Positions 40,424 through 49,038 of a stretch of 64,000 bases of DNA are shown one piece after another. A program made the position numbers and the translations under genes. Within the stretch, counting starts at the first letter, position 1. Each line of letters begins with the position of its first letter. The notes beneath the pieces are model-generated. The model was not told where the DNA came from and did not search any database. It was given only the letters and a program-made list of their open reading frames with translations. Origin of the DNA: Escherichia phage PNJ1902; the sequence record OK254197.1; one strand, given 5' to 3'.

Positions 40424-40449
40424 TACACAAAAAGCCCCATATAGGGGCT
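40424..40449 (-). terminator. Rho-independent terminator (minus strand)
   Basis: AGCCCC-TATAT-GGGGCT hairpin followed by TTTTTGTG on minus strand. Confidence 0.5.
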
Positions 40450-40459
40450 AATTGGTTTC

Positions 40460-40756
40460 TTATCGGCCTACTGGAGAAGCACGATCTAACTCTGATTGGA
40501 GGCTAGTCACACGACGGACTTTCTCGACAGGAATAAAACGGAAGCTATCATTAGTACGAGAGAAGACAAGGATCTCATCATCTTTCGCTTTACGAATACG
40601 TTCACGTTTAATACGCTCAGCCAGATATTTATCTTGGGCTGGATCAAATTCCATCGTACCCTGAAGGTACGTGGTTCCTTTCTGACGAAGTTTCTCGTAA
40701 TGAAGATAAAACTCACCAAATTTTTCACATTGTGCGATAATTTCAGCTTTGGTCAT
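40460..40756 (-). CDS. Hypothetical protein
   Basis: 98 aa ORF. Confidence 0.5.
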   Translation of the reverse strand: MTKAEIIAQCEKFGEFYLHYEKLRQKGTTYLQGTMEFDPAQDKYLAERIKRERIRKAKDDEILVFSRTNDSFRFIPVEKVRRVTSLQSELDRASPVGR

Positions 40757-40792
40757 AACTGTGTTCCTTTTGTTGGTGGATTTATCTAAAAA

Positions 40793-41203
40793 TTACTTAG
40801 TGATAGCTCGGATTGCTTCTGCCAGATGAGCGGCTGCTTTACCGGTCAGTTTGTCGATAATTGCATCATCCAGAAAATCTGGTGCTAGGCCAGCATCAGA
40901 GAATGCTGAACGAAGATCGGCATGAGCTTGGGCTTTGGAAGTACGAGAACCACCAGAAGCTTTTTCTCCAGTAGATGCGCTAGATTTAGAAGCAGAGCCA
41001 GCAGCTTTCTTGATATACAAACCTGCTTTAGTCAGCTTCATACGAAAACCGTTCGGAGTTACACCATTTTCCTGGGCAATTTCGCTAACAATTTCCATGC
41101 TAACACCCGGACGTTCATCCTCTGGGAATTGCTCCATACGAGCAACGTATTCGGAAGACATTTTTTCGAACAGTTCATCAGTCCACTGAGTTGGAGTAGT
41201 CAT
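40793..41203 (-). CDS. Hypothetical protein with one HTH-like module and low-complexity Ser/Ala-rich region
   Basis: 136 aa; ...EIVSEIAQENGVTPNGFRMKLTKAGL... resembles the modules in the 37300-38067 protein. Confidence 0.5.
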   Translation of the reverse strand: MTTPTQWTDELFEKMSSEYVARMEQFPEDERPGVSMEIVSEIAQENGVTPNGFRMKLTKAGLYIKKAAGSASKSSASTGEKASGGSRTSKAQAHADLRSAFSDAGLAPDFLDDAIIDKLTGKAAAHLAEAIRAITK

Positions 41204-41260
41204 ATTTTATATTTCCTTAATTAAGAATTAAACAGAATAGTTCTTTCAAACTATGAGAAT

Positions 41261-41289
41261 ATTATATCAAGAATTATAGGATTAAGCAA
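41261..41289 (-). promoter_or_regulatory. Early promoter
   Basis: TTGCTT - 17 bp - TATAAT. Confidence 0.6.
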
Positions 41290-41309
41290 CTGAAATTTTT
41301 CGGTAACTG

Positions 41310-41564
41310 CTACACATCTAGCTCAACAATCTCCCAATCATCCGCTAGAGCTTCTTCTAGAGTAAGGTTTACTTGACGGATAAGTGGGGATTCCATACCG
41401 TTCTCCCACACATGTTCAGTCACTGTACCCTGCTCTACGTTAAATTCTAAAACCACTGTAAAGTGTTTATTATTTTCCCAGCAATCTCGCTGGAGATATT
41501 TTACGTCCCCAGCTTTCAGCAAATCTGTTAGCTTACTCACGGCGTTTTCCTTTTTCTTTATCAA
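41310..41564 (-). CDS. Hypothetical protein
   Basis: 84 aa ORF. Confidence 0.45.
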   Translation of the reverse strand: MIKKKENAVSKLTDLLKAGDVKYLQRDCWENNKHFTVVLEFNVEQGTVTEHVWENGMESPLIRQVNLTLEEALADDWEIVELDV

Positions 41565-42237
41565 ATTTCAAGGCAGCCTTAACAGCTTCATTAATTAATG
41601 AAATTACTTCTTCACGAGTCCACTTGTACCCTAGAGATTTTACGTCAACCCCTAATTTTTCCAGATGTTTAACAGAAGCCAGCTCGTAATTCATATAATG
41701 GACGTTCTGTTGTTTGCCTTCTGATAGAAGCCATACACGATAGCAACCAACAGGATTATCCATTGCTTTTTTGATTTCACCAATACACTGGTATCCAGGA
41801 ACCCAAACAAGCTCACCAACTGCAAATTCTTCTGCTACAGCATCATCAGGAATAATTGGAGGATTCAATGGATCTACAATATCGTTCAAACGAAGTAGAG
41901 CACCATATCGTTCCAGAACAGATTTAACCATTGCTACAGAGCGGTAATTACGATCGGCAATTTCTTCGAAAGAATCACCAGATAAATACTGCTCAATAAC
42001 GTTAGCTAACTCAATGCCTTCAATGAGTGTGCCACGTTTCTTTTTCTTCATTTCGGCAACTTGAATCTGGCGGTCTTGCCATTCTTCAATCATCCTTTCC
42101 ATAGTTGGATTGGATGATACGCCGAGCATTTCACATGCTGCTTTCTTAGTACCACCGTTCTCCAGATGCTCTATAACCTTTTTAAAGACTTCATCCGGGA
42201 TTTCATGGATATGTTTCTTTCTACGAGAACCAGCCAT
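41533..42237 (-). CDS. Putative HTH DNA-binding protein (possible regulator)
   Basis: 234 aa; N-terminal HTH-like GGTKKAACEMLGVSSNPTMERMI; immediately downstream of a PN25-like promoter. Confidence 0.55.
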   Translation of the reverse strand: MAGSRRKKHIHEIPDEVFKKVIEHLENGGTKKAACEMLGVSSNPTMERMIEEWQDRQIQVAEMKKKKRGTLIEGIELANVIEQYLSGDSFEEIADRNYRSVAMVKSVLERYGALLRLNDIVDPLNPPIIPDDAVAEEFAVGELVWVPGYQCIGEIKKAMDNPVGCYRVWLLSEGKQQNVHYMNYELASVKHLEKLGVDVKSLGYKWTREEVISLINEAVKAALKFDKEKGKRRE

Positions 42238-42268
42238 ATTTAAACTCCTCTCTCAAATTTATGAATCT

Positions 42269-42297
42269 ATTATACAGAAAAATTTTCCTGAAAGCAA
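42269..42297 (-). promoter_or_regulatory. Strong early promoter, near-identical to the classical T5 PN25 promoter
   Basis: Minus strand reads AAAATTTATTTGCTTTCAGGAAAATTTTTCTGTATAATAGATTCATAAATTTGAGAGAGGAG: A-rich UP region, TTGCTT, 17 bp, TATAAT. Confidence 0.8.
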
Positions 42298-42305
42298 ATA
42301 AATTT

Positions 42306-42548
42306 TTACGATTCCTTGAGCAAAGAAGCAAGTTCAGCATAGACTTTATCTAACTCAAAGCCGATGCGAAGAGACACGTTTGTTTTCCGTTGTTTAAGTA
42401 ACCACTCGGATATGTTAGGGATGCCAGCTAATCTATGTGGTACCACCCTACATAGCTTCTCCGAAGTGTCGTAAACAGGAACTTTACGCTCTTTTACTGG
42501 GAACTTCCTTGTTTCCCATTTTTTATTCTTCACTGTCATTTCTAGCAC
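42306..42548 (-). CDS. Hypothetical protein
   Basis: 80 aa ORF. Confidence 0.45.
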   Translation of the reverse strand: MLEMTVKNKKWETRKFPVKERKVPVYDTSEKLCRVVPHRLAGIPNISEWLLKQRKTNVSLRIGFELDKVYAELASLLKES

Positions 42549-45312
42549 CTAGCTCTGCCATTGCTTCATCATGCATATGTTTCTCCTCATCAGTCATAAA
42601 CTTATATGGGATTGGCATACACTCGATTTTACAATAGGTTCTGTACCAGTCTACAATATTCTCCGTGTTCATATCCTTACCAATACCCATCATACCAAGA
42701 TACATTCTCGCATATTTTGGGTTAGCACTCTGACCTGTTTTAAGGAAGAAATCTTTCTTCTTACCTTTCAGAGCTTCTATGAATGGTTTGATAGTGACAT
42801 TTGAACACTTCTTAATATCTTCCCAGAACATCTCGTGCATTTTATGGAAGAATGCCGCTCGATCATTCGGTTTATCTTTGATATATTGTTCAACGTGCTC
42901 AACTGTTACATCTTTAATAGACTCAAGATGATAGTAGCGAACAAGAAGTAGTTTAGCCTCATACGCATCTGCATGGCGTGGAGCACAATAATCAGGAGTT
43001 GAATACAAAATGGCTTTGATTCGCTCTTCCGTATACTCTTTTCCTGCACCTTCGATAGTTCCCCAGCTTTCACTGAAAATATCAATAGTTGCACCCTGAT
43101 CAAGCAAGTAATAACGTAAGGTACTAGTATAGTTTCTAGATTCCAGCTCTCTACGACGTGCGTATAATTGCTGTGCTAACTCCAGCCAACCTTCATCAAT
43201 GTTATATTGTTCAGAACCTGCGGAGAATCCACTCGTAGATTTATCAATAAAATAATAAATGTTCTGAGCGCCACGGTCGCGCCTGATTGCTTGGAAACGC
43301 ATGTTTGGCGCTTGGTTACTGGTTCTAGTAATAACGAATACGTTATCAAAGTAGTTGAAGTCAACGCCACTCGTTACGGATGGACTACATAATAAGCAAT
43401 CAATTTGTTGATCAATTAGCTCATTAGTTGTGTAATCCAGAATACGTCGAATATCTACATCAGACGTAGAATTTGAGTGGATTTCCTTAACTAGGGCACC
43501 TGTATTACGACGTAATGCCATACCCTTCTCATTCAGTTCATCCGGCCCACAGTCAGATACTAGGATAGATTTCTCACCCATCTCTAGAGAAGTCTGAAGT
43601 GCAACCCAAATACTGGATTCATCCGGGAACTCATAAGCATGAGCTTTTGACAGCATCTTACGGTGATGGTTGTAAAATGCAACCGGTTTATCAAAATCAA
43701 TTAGAGAACCGTAGGCTTCAATCGTCTCAGCACTAATATCACCATCAGATAAGATTACAGTTTTAGCTGTCATGAGGATGTCACGTAGAACTTGAATACA
43801 TTCGCGACGTTGTTTAACAACGGGGGCGAATAATAGATCATTCATTACAGCGTCACATTCATCAATAAAAATGGTGTCTATTTGACCAATAAAACTCTTG
43901 AACTTATGCAAAGAGTGAATAGTTGTGGACATACGGTCAATAGCGCCACGCTTAAAATTAAGCATATCTACAGACTTATCATATTGTCCTGCACTAAATT
44001 TCTTAGCATTTGAAGATACCAGCGCTCTAGTATTTGTAACTGCTAAAAAGTTGCCAGGAAGAACACCTGCGTCCAGCCATTTAGTTACTGCCGTAGTTTT
44101 ACCAGTACCAAGACTTGCCTTAACAAATGTTATATGGCCTTTTGGGGGCACAATGTTAATCTTCAGGTATGGAACTTCTGGTGGAGAATCCACTTCTAAT
44201 TTCTTGAGTGGAACACCTTTCAGATTTAATGGAATCTCACGTTTAGAATTATTAACAAACGCTTTGAGAGCCTGCTTGCGACCGTTATTAAAGTAATCTT
44301 GAATATTACGACTATTATCTTTAGTTGCAATATATTCAGATAAAGCGGGTTTAATCTCACGTTCTAGCCATGCGAAATCAACACCATCCTCTAATGCTCT
44401 ATGGTATAGTTTGGGGATAATACGCAAGTACACCCCATCCTCAGCTTCTTCCAATTCGCTGATGGTTTCTTCTACTTTATCAGACGCGATCTTTTTGCCT
44501 TTAATTTGGTCAAGTAAGGAATAGAATTCCTCTTTAAACTCTCCTCTAGTTGTTTCATAATCAACCAGATTATTGGGCAAATTTACCTTCGAACCTTTAA
44601 CATACACCAGACGTGGCTTACTCTCCGCTTTAAACGGATCTACAATACCATCGCTAAATAAAGGGTCGGCAAAATAGTGAAGCTGGACAGATGAATAATA
44701 AGCTAAGTCGGCAATGTCAAAACCGAATTTTTGCTTACTACTATCGTTGATGGATGTAAATAAGAACTTTAGCTGACCCTGAGTTACCTTGACGTTAGAT
44801 TCTAGCATTAAGTGCATTCGGATACCTGGTTTTAGGCCAGCCGAAGATGATGCATGAGCAATAAACCCTGCATCAAGAGGAAACATGTCCTCACTAATAC
44901 TATTCAACATCTTAATAATGTGGCGGGCCATGCCTACAAGATTAAACTTGTCGTACCCACCGGTATCTAGGATACCATCCACGTCCATAGCAATAATATT
45001 GCTGGGGTTGGATACATTAAAGTTACCTTTCTTACGCCGCACGTTATTTTTAGGTGCAAGACATCGACCTCGTACCGCAACGATATGAGGATCAGACGTT
45101 AAACGTCTCATAAGTGGTAACATTTCGGCAAGGCTTTGCGGGTCATGCTCTTCTATTACATCAAATTTGAAGGGCATAGAGGCTGGTTTACCTTCTGGAT
45201 GCTCTTTCGAGAATCGCTTGGCAAAGGTATAATCCTCCGCTTTGATTTCTCGCCAAATACCTGTTGCTAAATCACGAGAAAATCCGGCGTGACCTTGAAG
45301 AATAGAAAACAC
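42523..45312 (-). CDS. Large P-loop NTPase, putative replication-associated helicase / origin-binding-type protein; GTG start
   Basis: 929 aa; Walker A ASLGTGKTT and Walker B IFIDECD; RBS AGGAG 7 nt upstream of GTG. Confidence 0.75.
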   Translation of the reverse strand: MFSILQGHAGFSRDLATGIWREIKAEDYTFAKRFSKEHPEGKPASMPFKFDVIEEHDPQSLAEMLPLMRRLTSDPHIVAVRGRCLAPKNNVRRKKGNFNVSNPSNIIAMDVDGILDTGGYDKFNLVGMARHIIKMLNSISEDMFPLDAGFIAHASSSAGLKPGIRMHLMLESNVKVTQGQLKFLFTSINDSSKQKFGFDIADLAYYSSVQLHYFADPLFSDGIVDPFKAESKPRLVYVKGSKVNLPNNLVDYETTRGEFKEEFYSLLDQIKGKKIASDKVEETISELEEAEDGVYLRIIPKLYHRALEDGVDFAWLEREIKPALSEYIATKDNSRNIQDYFNNGRKQALKAFVNNSKREIPLNLKGVPLKKLEVDSPPEVPYLKINIVPPKGHITFVKASLGTGKTTAVTKWLDAGVLPGNFLAVTNTRALVSSNAKKFSAGQYDKSVDMLNFKRGAIDRMSTTIHSLHKFKSFIGQIDTIFIDECDAVMNDLLFAPVVKQRRECIQVLRDILMTAKTVILSDGDISAETIEAYGSLIDFDKPVAFYNHHRKMLSKAHAYEFPDESSIWVALQTSLEMGEKSILVSDCGPDELNEKGMALRRNTGALVKEIHSNSTSDVDIRRILDYTTNELIDQQIDCLLCSPSVTSGVDFNYFDNVFVITRTSNQAPNMRFQAIRRDRGAQNIYYFIDKSTSGFSAGSEQYNIDEGWLELAQQLYARRRELESRNYTSTLRYYLLDQGATIDIFSESWGTIEGAGKEYTEERIKAILYSTPDYCAPRHADAYEAKLLLVRYYHLESIKDVTVEHVEQYIKDKPNDRAAFFHKMHEMFWEDIKKCSNVTIKPFIEALKGKKKDFFLKTGQSANPKYARMYLGMMGIGKDMNTENIVDWYRTYCKIECMPIPYKFMTDEEKHMHDEAMAELGARNDSEE

Positions 45313-45810
45313 AACAATACTCCTGTGTTGGTTAATCGAAAATCTTTTCTTTAGGACTATTCAGAAAGAATAGAACAACTATTACTACTGTTTACGTAAA
45401 CATCAATTATCATCAAGCAATATGAATAAGTTATCATATCTCAGTGCTGTGCTCTCTTCGCTCATATACAGAATAGAACCTAGGTCATTGGCCGCTAAGC
45501 CGATTCTATTTGTCCTCACTATCCTATTGGTAGGTGACTACTGTACGTGCCGCCATTCGCTGCTCTTTTCGTTCGCACCCCCATATAAAGCTCTGCCTAT
45601 ATAACGAGCTAAATATGCACGGTTTGGATTTACCTTTCCGAATTCAGGGTACACAGATCACTTAATTGAAGATTAACTAATGCAATATAAACACTAGTAA
45701 TAGTTAAAACAACCCTTAATGGGGCAGCCTAACTGTTCCGTATCGCGGATTGTAAACAAGAAAAATTAGCAAAATCAATTTTTACTAATGTCTCTCAATT
45801 CAATATAAAT

Positions 45811-45839
45811 ATTATATCAAGATTTTGGGCATCCGGCAA
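45811..45839 (-). promoter_or_regulatory. Early promoter firing into an ORF-free leader of about 480 nt
   Basis: TTGCCG - 17 bp - TATAAT followed by ATTTATATTGAATTGAGAGA. Confidence 0.5.
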
Positions 45840-45933
45840 GTAAAATTTTCCGGATGGTGCTATCAGTGTCTTTGAGCATAGAGAAAACCGAGCCAAAATG
45901 ACTCGGTAATCAGAGTTCAGCTAATAAAAATCA

Positions 45934-46323
45934 TTAGTCATTTAATCCCGGAACATAGATCCCAACACGGCTTAACTGTTCTTTAGCTTCTGCGAGAATA
46001 TCTGGAGTGTACTCCCAAATATCATCTTCCACCTGTAAAAGATGGGGCGAACAACCGTCACCAGGCACACGACATATGGCCAAACCACGTGGATGGAATA
46101 TAGAGAAGTTTAGGGCAACAATTAAACCCATAGCGGACAATTCATTCCAGTCCATCTCCCACTCCCTGGCATATCCAGATAGGAAAACGCCAATGCATGG
46201 ATCATCTATTTGCTGCTCAGGAAAAGTGAAGGAGGCTTGTCTTACCCCCAACCAACGTTGTAGCAGCTTCTCCGCACGTTTCACCAAACTAGGGTCAATC
46301 TGACGCCAATATACTTGTTCCAT
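45934..46323 (-). CDS. Hypothetical protein (tandem paralog 2)
   Basis: 129 aa; shares PCIG..., EL.xMGL(I/V)(V/F)ALN(F/Y) and C-terminal (I/Y)(Y/M)(V/I)PGL motifs with upstream neighbour. Confidence 0.55.
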   Translation of the reverse strand: MEQVYWRQIDPSLVKRAEKLLQRWLGVRQASFTFPEQQIDDPCIGVFLSGYAREWEMDWNELSAMGLIVALNFSIFHPRGLAICRVPGDGCSPHLLQVEDDIWEYTPDILAEAKEQLSRVGIYVPGLND

Positions 46324-46332
46324 TCTGCCTCC

Positions 46333-46761
46333 TTAAGCAGTTAAACCTGGGATCATATACCCGAAACGGCGAAGTTTCTGAATCCCCTCATTTACTTCTT
46401 CCGGTGAGTAAGACCAACCATAACGTTCATTAACCTGAAAACCAGGAGATTCACTAGTTTTATAGTTAACAACGAGGCGATGCTTAACAGGCATAAACAG
46501 CTTATAATTTAACGCAAAAACTAAGCCCATTTCGTCTAACTCTTTCCAGCCGACAATCTCTTCAAGACCCTCCTCTACCTGAACAATTAAACCAATACAG
46601 GGAGCCTCATCAATATCATCTTTAAAAGCAAAGGAGATTTCGTTATTCTCACACCATATTTTCAAGGAATTAATAGCCTCATTATACAGGCTAGAGGGGA
46701 GAGTACGCCAAAAGTTAACTAAAATTGGGTTAACTTCTTTAGAGAAGACATTATTGAACAT
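46333..46761 (-). CDS. Hypothetical protein (tandem paralog 1)
   Basis: 142 aa; paralogous motifs as above. Confidence 0.55.
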   Translation of the reverse strand: MFNNVFSKEVNPILVNFWRTLPSSLYNEAINSLKIWCENNEISFAFKDDIDEAPCIGLIVQVEEGLEEIVGWKELDEMGLVFALNYKLFMPVKHRLVVNYKTSESPGFQVNERYGWSYSPEEVNEGIQKLRRFGYMIPGLTA

Positions 46762-46763
46762 AT

Positions 46764-47270
46764 TTACACCTTAAATTGTTGTAAGGATTTACACATTTCA
46801 AGATCTGGGCTAAATTCTAGCATATAGCTAACAGCTTTTAAATCTTGAAGATTTATCCCAGTCCTACCGTTGACTATAACCGTTGGATACTGATACATCA
46901 TAGCACCCGCATCATCAAGCACACACCAATGTTTGAGCTTATGATTTTCAACAAAGCGAAGAACAGAATTACCCCTAGATAATCCACCCCCAGTAAAATC
47001 CGTTGTACCAAGAAAACGATCGATAAGACCTAATCTGGTCATAATCTGAACGTTCTCCATTTCATTTCTGACAGAAAACCAAGATGATACTCCAACAATC
47101 ATTATCGGAGAAGGACGAATAAAGTCCTGAAAAGCCTTGAGAAGCGGTTTGAAAACCCAATCACTTCCAAAGAAAATCTTTTCATCATCAGGTGCATGAT
47201 GGTGGGAGATGCTCGAATTGAGCACCCCATCAATATCTAGAAAAATAATTGGAGTATTACTTATTTCCAT
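46764..47270 (-). CDS. HAD-superfamily phosphatase-like protein
   Basis: 168 aa; motif I IFLDIDGVLN (DxDGx), later VLDDAG acidic motif. Confidence 0.6.
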   Translation of the reverse strand: MEISNTPIIFLDIDGVLNSSISHHHAPDDEKIFFGSDWVFKPLLKAFQDFIRPSPIMIVGVSSWFSVRNEMENVQIMTRLGLIDRFLGTTDFTGGGLSRGNSVLRFVENHKLKHWCVLDDAGAMMYQYPTVIVNGRTGINLQDLKAVSYMLEFSPDLEMCKSLQQFKV

Positions 47271-47439
47271 TTTTGTTCCTTTCTAAGAACGTATCATACT
47301 CAACCGTATCAACATATATAACACCATAGTCATCGGATTTATAGTCCATTTCCCACAGCTCACAGCGATAGCACCAACTACCATCCGCCCACACAAATAT
47401 ATCATCGGGATGTGTATACACAGGTTTAACTATGGACAT
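47257..47439 (-). CDS. Small hypothetical protein
   Basis: About 60 aa from internal ATG (MSIVKPVY...); overlaps neighbours in operon. Confidence 0.35.
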   Translation of the reverse strand: MSIVKPVYTHPDDIFVWADGSWCYRCELWEMDYKSDDYGVIYVDTVEYDTFLERNKNGNK

Positions 47440-48262
47440 ATCTGTTTCCCTTGCTTCTCGACACATAAGGTCTACCCTCTAAATGAGCTTCTACACGAGC
47501 AATAAAATTAGGGTCACTAAAAGCATCTACCGCACCTTTACTCCAGTAGGGGATACCACGTTCTTCTAGCTGGTACATCTCACTACGAGTCATACCTTGA
47601 TAGCCCGGTTCCGCCGCTAGGGCACTATCATAGTAGTTAACAACCATAAGTTTCGCAGCAGTCAAATTAAGAACAGGAAATAATTCCCAGTAGAAGTTAA
47701 TTACTTGGTTAGAGCAACCAACCACAATGATCATATCTTGACTGGTAATACCATCAAAAACATTATACATTTCTGCGTATGCAGGAGCATGCTCCCCAAA
47801 GAAGATTACATTAGGTTTAACCCATTTATAATCATCTGGGTCAATAGAATTGTATCCTACATCAATAATCCGTTTATTGCTACTATTGTAGCTATCAGCT
47901 ACAACAACCTCTTTTAAATATCCGTGAATGTGCAGAATGTCACTATGTGGAACGCCAGCACGCTCAATAAGGTCATCAACGTTGGTAGTCAAGTTTACTA
48001 CTTGACCTGGATATTGTTTATACCATTCACCAATACGCAAATGCGCAAGATTGGGTTCAACAGTTTTTAGCTCTTCACGACGCTTGTTGTAAAACATATG
48101 GGTTTTATGGTAAAAATTACCACGAAAGGCATGAATATTACATACTTCTTCTAGGTCATAATCATCCCACAGTGCTTTACCACTAGCAGTATCAGTACGA
48201 AAAGCTCGTACACCACTTTCAACACTCAAACCTGCACCGCTAATAATAATTAATCTACGCAT
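47426..48262 (-). CDS. Sir2-family (sirtuin-like) NAD-dependent enzyme, apparently lacking the zinc ribbon
   Basis: 278 aa; GAGLSVESGVRAFR (cf. sirtuin GAGISxxSGIPxFR), NLTTNVDDLIERAG (cf. TQNIDxLHxxAG), catalytic HG in ILHIHGYL, PNVIFFGE, VVGCSNQV; no CxxC pairs. Confidence 0.75.
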   Translation of the reverse strand: MRRLIIISGAGLSVESGVRAFRTDTASGKALWDDYDLEEVCNIHAFRGNFYHKTHMFYNKRREELKTVEPNLAHLRIGEWYKQYPGQVVNLTTNVDDLIERAGVPHSDILHIHGYLKEVVVADSYNSSNKRIIDVGYNSIDPDDYKWVKPNVIFFGEHAPAYAEMYNVFDGITSQDMIIVVGCSNQVINFYWELFPVLNLTAAKLMVVNYYDSALAAEPGYQGMTRSEMYQLEERGIPYWSKGAVDAFSDPNFIARVEAHLEGRPYVSRSKGNRYVHS

Positions 48263-48458
48263 TTTTCACCTGTTCTCTGAAGTTTTGCCCAATACTGTCT
48301 AATAGCTCAGCTAATTCTTTATTGCCTTTCTCCATGAAGGTATTGGCAATAACTTCTAGCATAGTAGCGCAGGATTCAACACCATCCTTATAGCCAGTCT
48401 CCCAGTGCTGCATTAATGCGTTTTCCAAAGCGGAGTTTAAACCCTTATCTGGCAGCAT
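48255..48458 (-). CDS. Small hypothetical protein
   Basis: ORF in Sir2 operon; start uncertain (48476 or 48458). Confidence 0.4.
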   Translation of the reverse strand: MLPDKGLNSALENALMQHWETGYKDGVESCATMLEVIANTFMEKGNKELAELLDSIGQNFREQVKNA

Positions 48459-48648
48459 CAGCTTCGAGAATGCCATAAAGTTTCTCCTCTAGTTCCATAA
48501 CACGATTTTCATAAGAGGCACGCAACTTTTCAATTGCCAGCGCACGCACTGTAACCTCATTAGAATTAATAGCTAACTGGGCCAGGTCTTCTGTTTCCAT
48601 ACGTCCGTTGTAAATTAAGCGATATTTAAGATGTTTTACGTTTTTCAT
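48445..48648 (-). CDS. Small hypothetical protein
   Basis: 67 aa ORF in Sir2 operon. Confidence 0.4.
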   Translation of the reverse strand: MKNVKHLKYRLIYNGRMETEDLAQLAINSNEVTVRALAIEKLRASYENRVMELEEKLYGILEADAAR

Positions 48649-48657
48649 TCTTGTTCC

Positions 48658-48939
48658 TTAGTTCTGTACTGTAAACTCATTCTTATCACAGTGAGCATAA
48701 TAATACCCATACATACGATAAATTTTCACAGCCTTAGTAGACCCCTTCGATTCTTCATAATCAATCCAGAGCCACTTGTCTTTACCTACATAATGTACCC
48801 GAAACTTCTTAACTTTCTTATCATTCCATGTTGCAACAACACGACGATAATCAAATCCTCCCAACCAATCTAGAGCCTTACGTTCTTCGCTAGGCTCTCC
48901 AAAATGGGAGACATCTACTTTAGGAAGCAACTCACTCAT
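48658..48939 (-). CDS. Hypothetical protein (first gene of Sir2 operon)
   Basis: 93 aa; RBS GAGGAG downstream of PN25-like promoter. Confidence 0.5.
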   Translation of the reverse strand: MSELLPKVDVSHFGEPSEERKALDWLGGFDYRRVVATWNDKKVKKFRVHYVGKDKWLWIDYEESKGSTKAVKIYRMYGYYYAHCDKNEFTVQN

Positions 48940-48967
48940 AGCTTTCTCCTCTCAAATTTATAAATCT

Positions 48968-48996
48968 ATTATATATAAATTTTTGGCTGAAAGCAA
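48968..48996 (-). promoter_or_regulatory. Strong early promoter (PN25-like) driving the Sir2/HAD operon
   Basis: TTATTTGCTTTCAGCCAAAAATTTATATAATAGATTTATAAATTTGAGAGGAG on minus strand: TTGCTT - 17 - TATAAT. Confidence 0.7.
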
Positions 48997-49002
48997 ATAA
49001 AA

Positions 49003-49032
49003 TAAAAGCCAGGTCGACTAGCAACCCGGCTG
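49003..49032 (-). terminator. Putative terminator after nrdD (minus strand)
   Basis: GCCGGG-loop-CCTGGC hairpin followed by TTTTATTTT on minus strand. Confidence 0.45.
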
Positions 49033-49038
49033 ATTAGC

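Noticed and set aside
45422-45604. 60-aa + strand ORF in the ORF-free leader
   Set aside because: Wrong strand relative to the promoter feeding this region, no RBS, hydrophobic low-complexity product.
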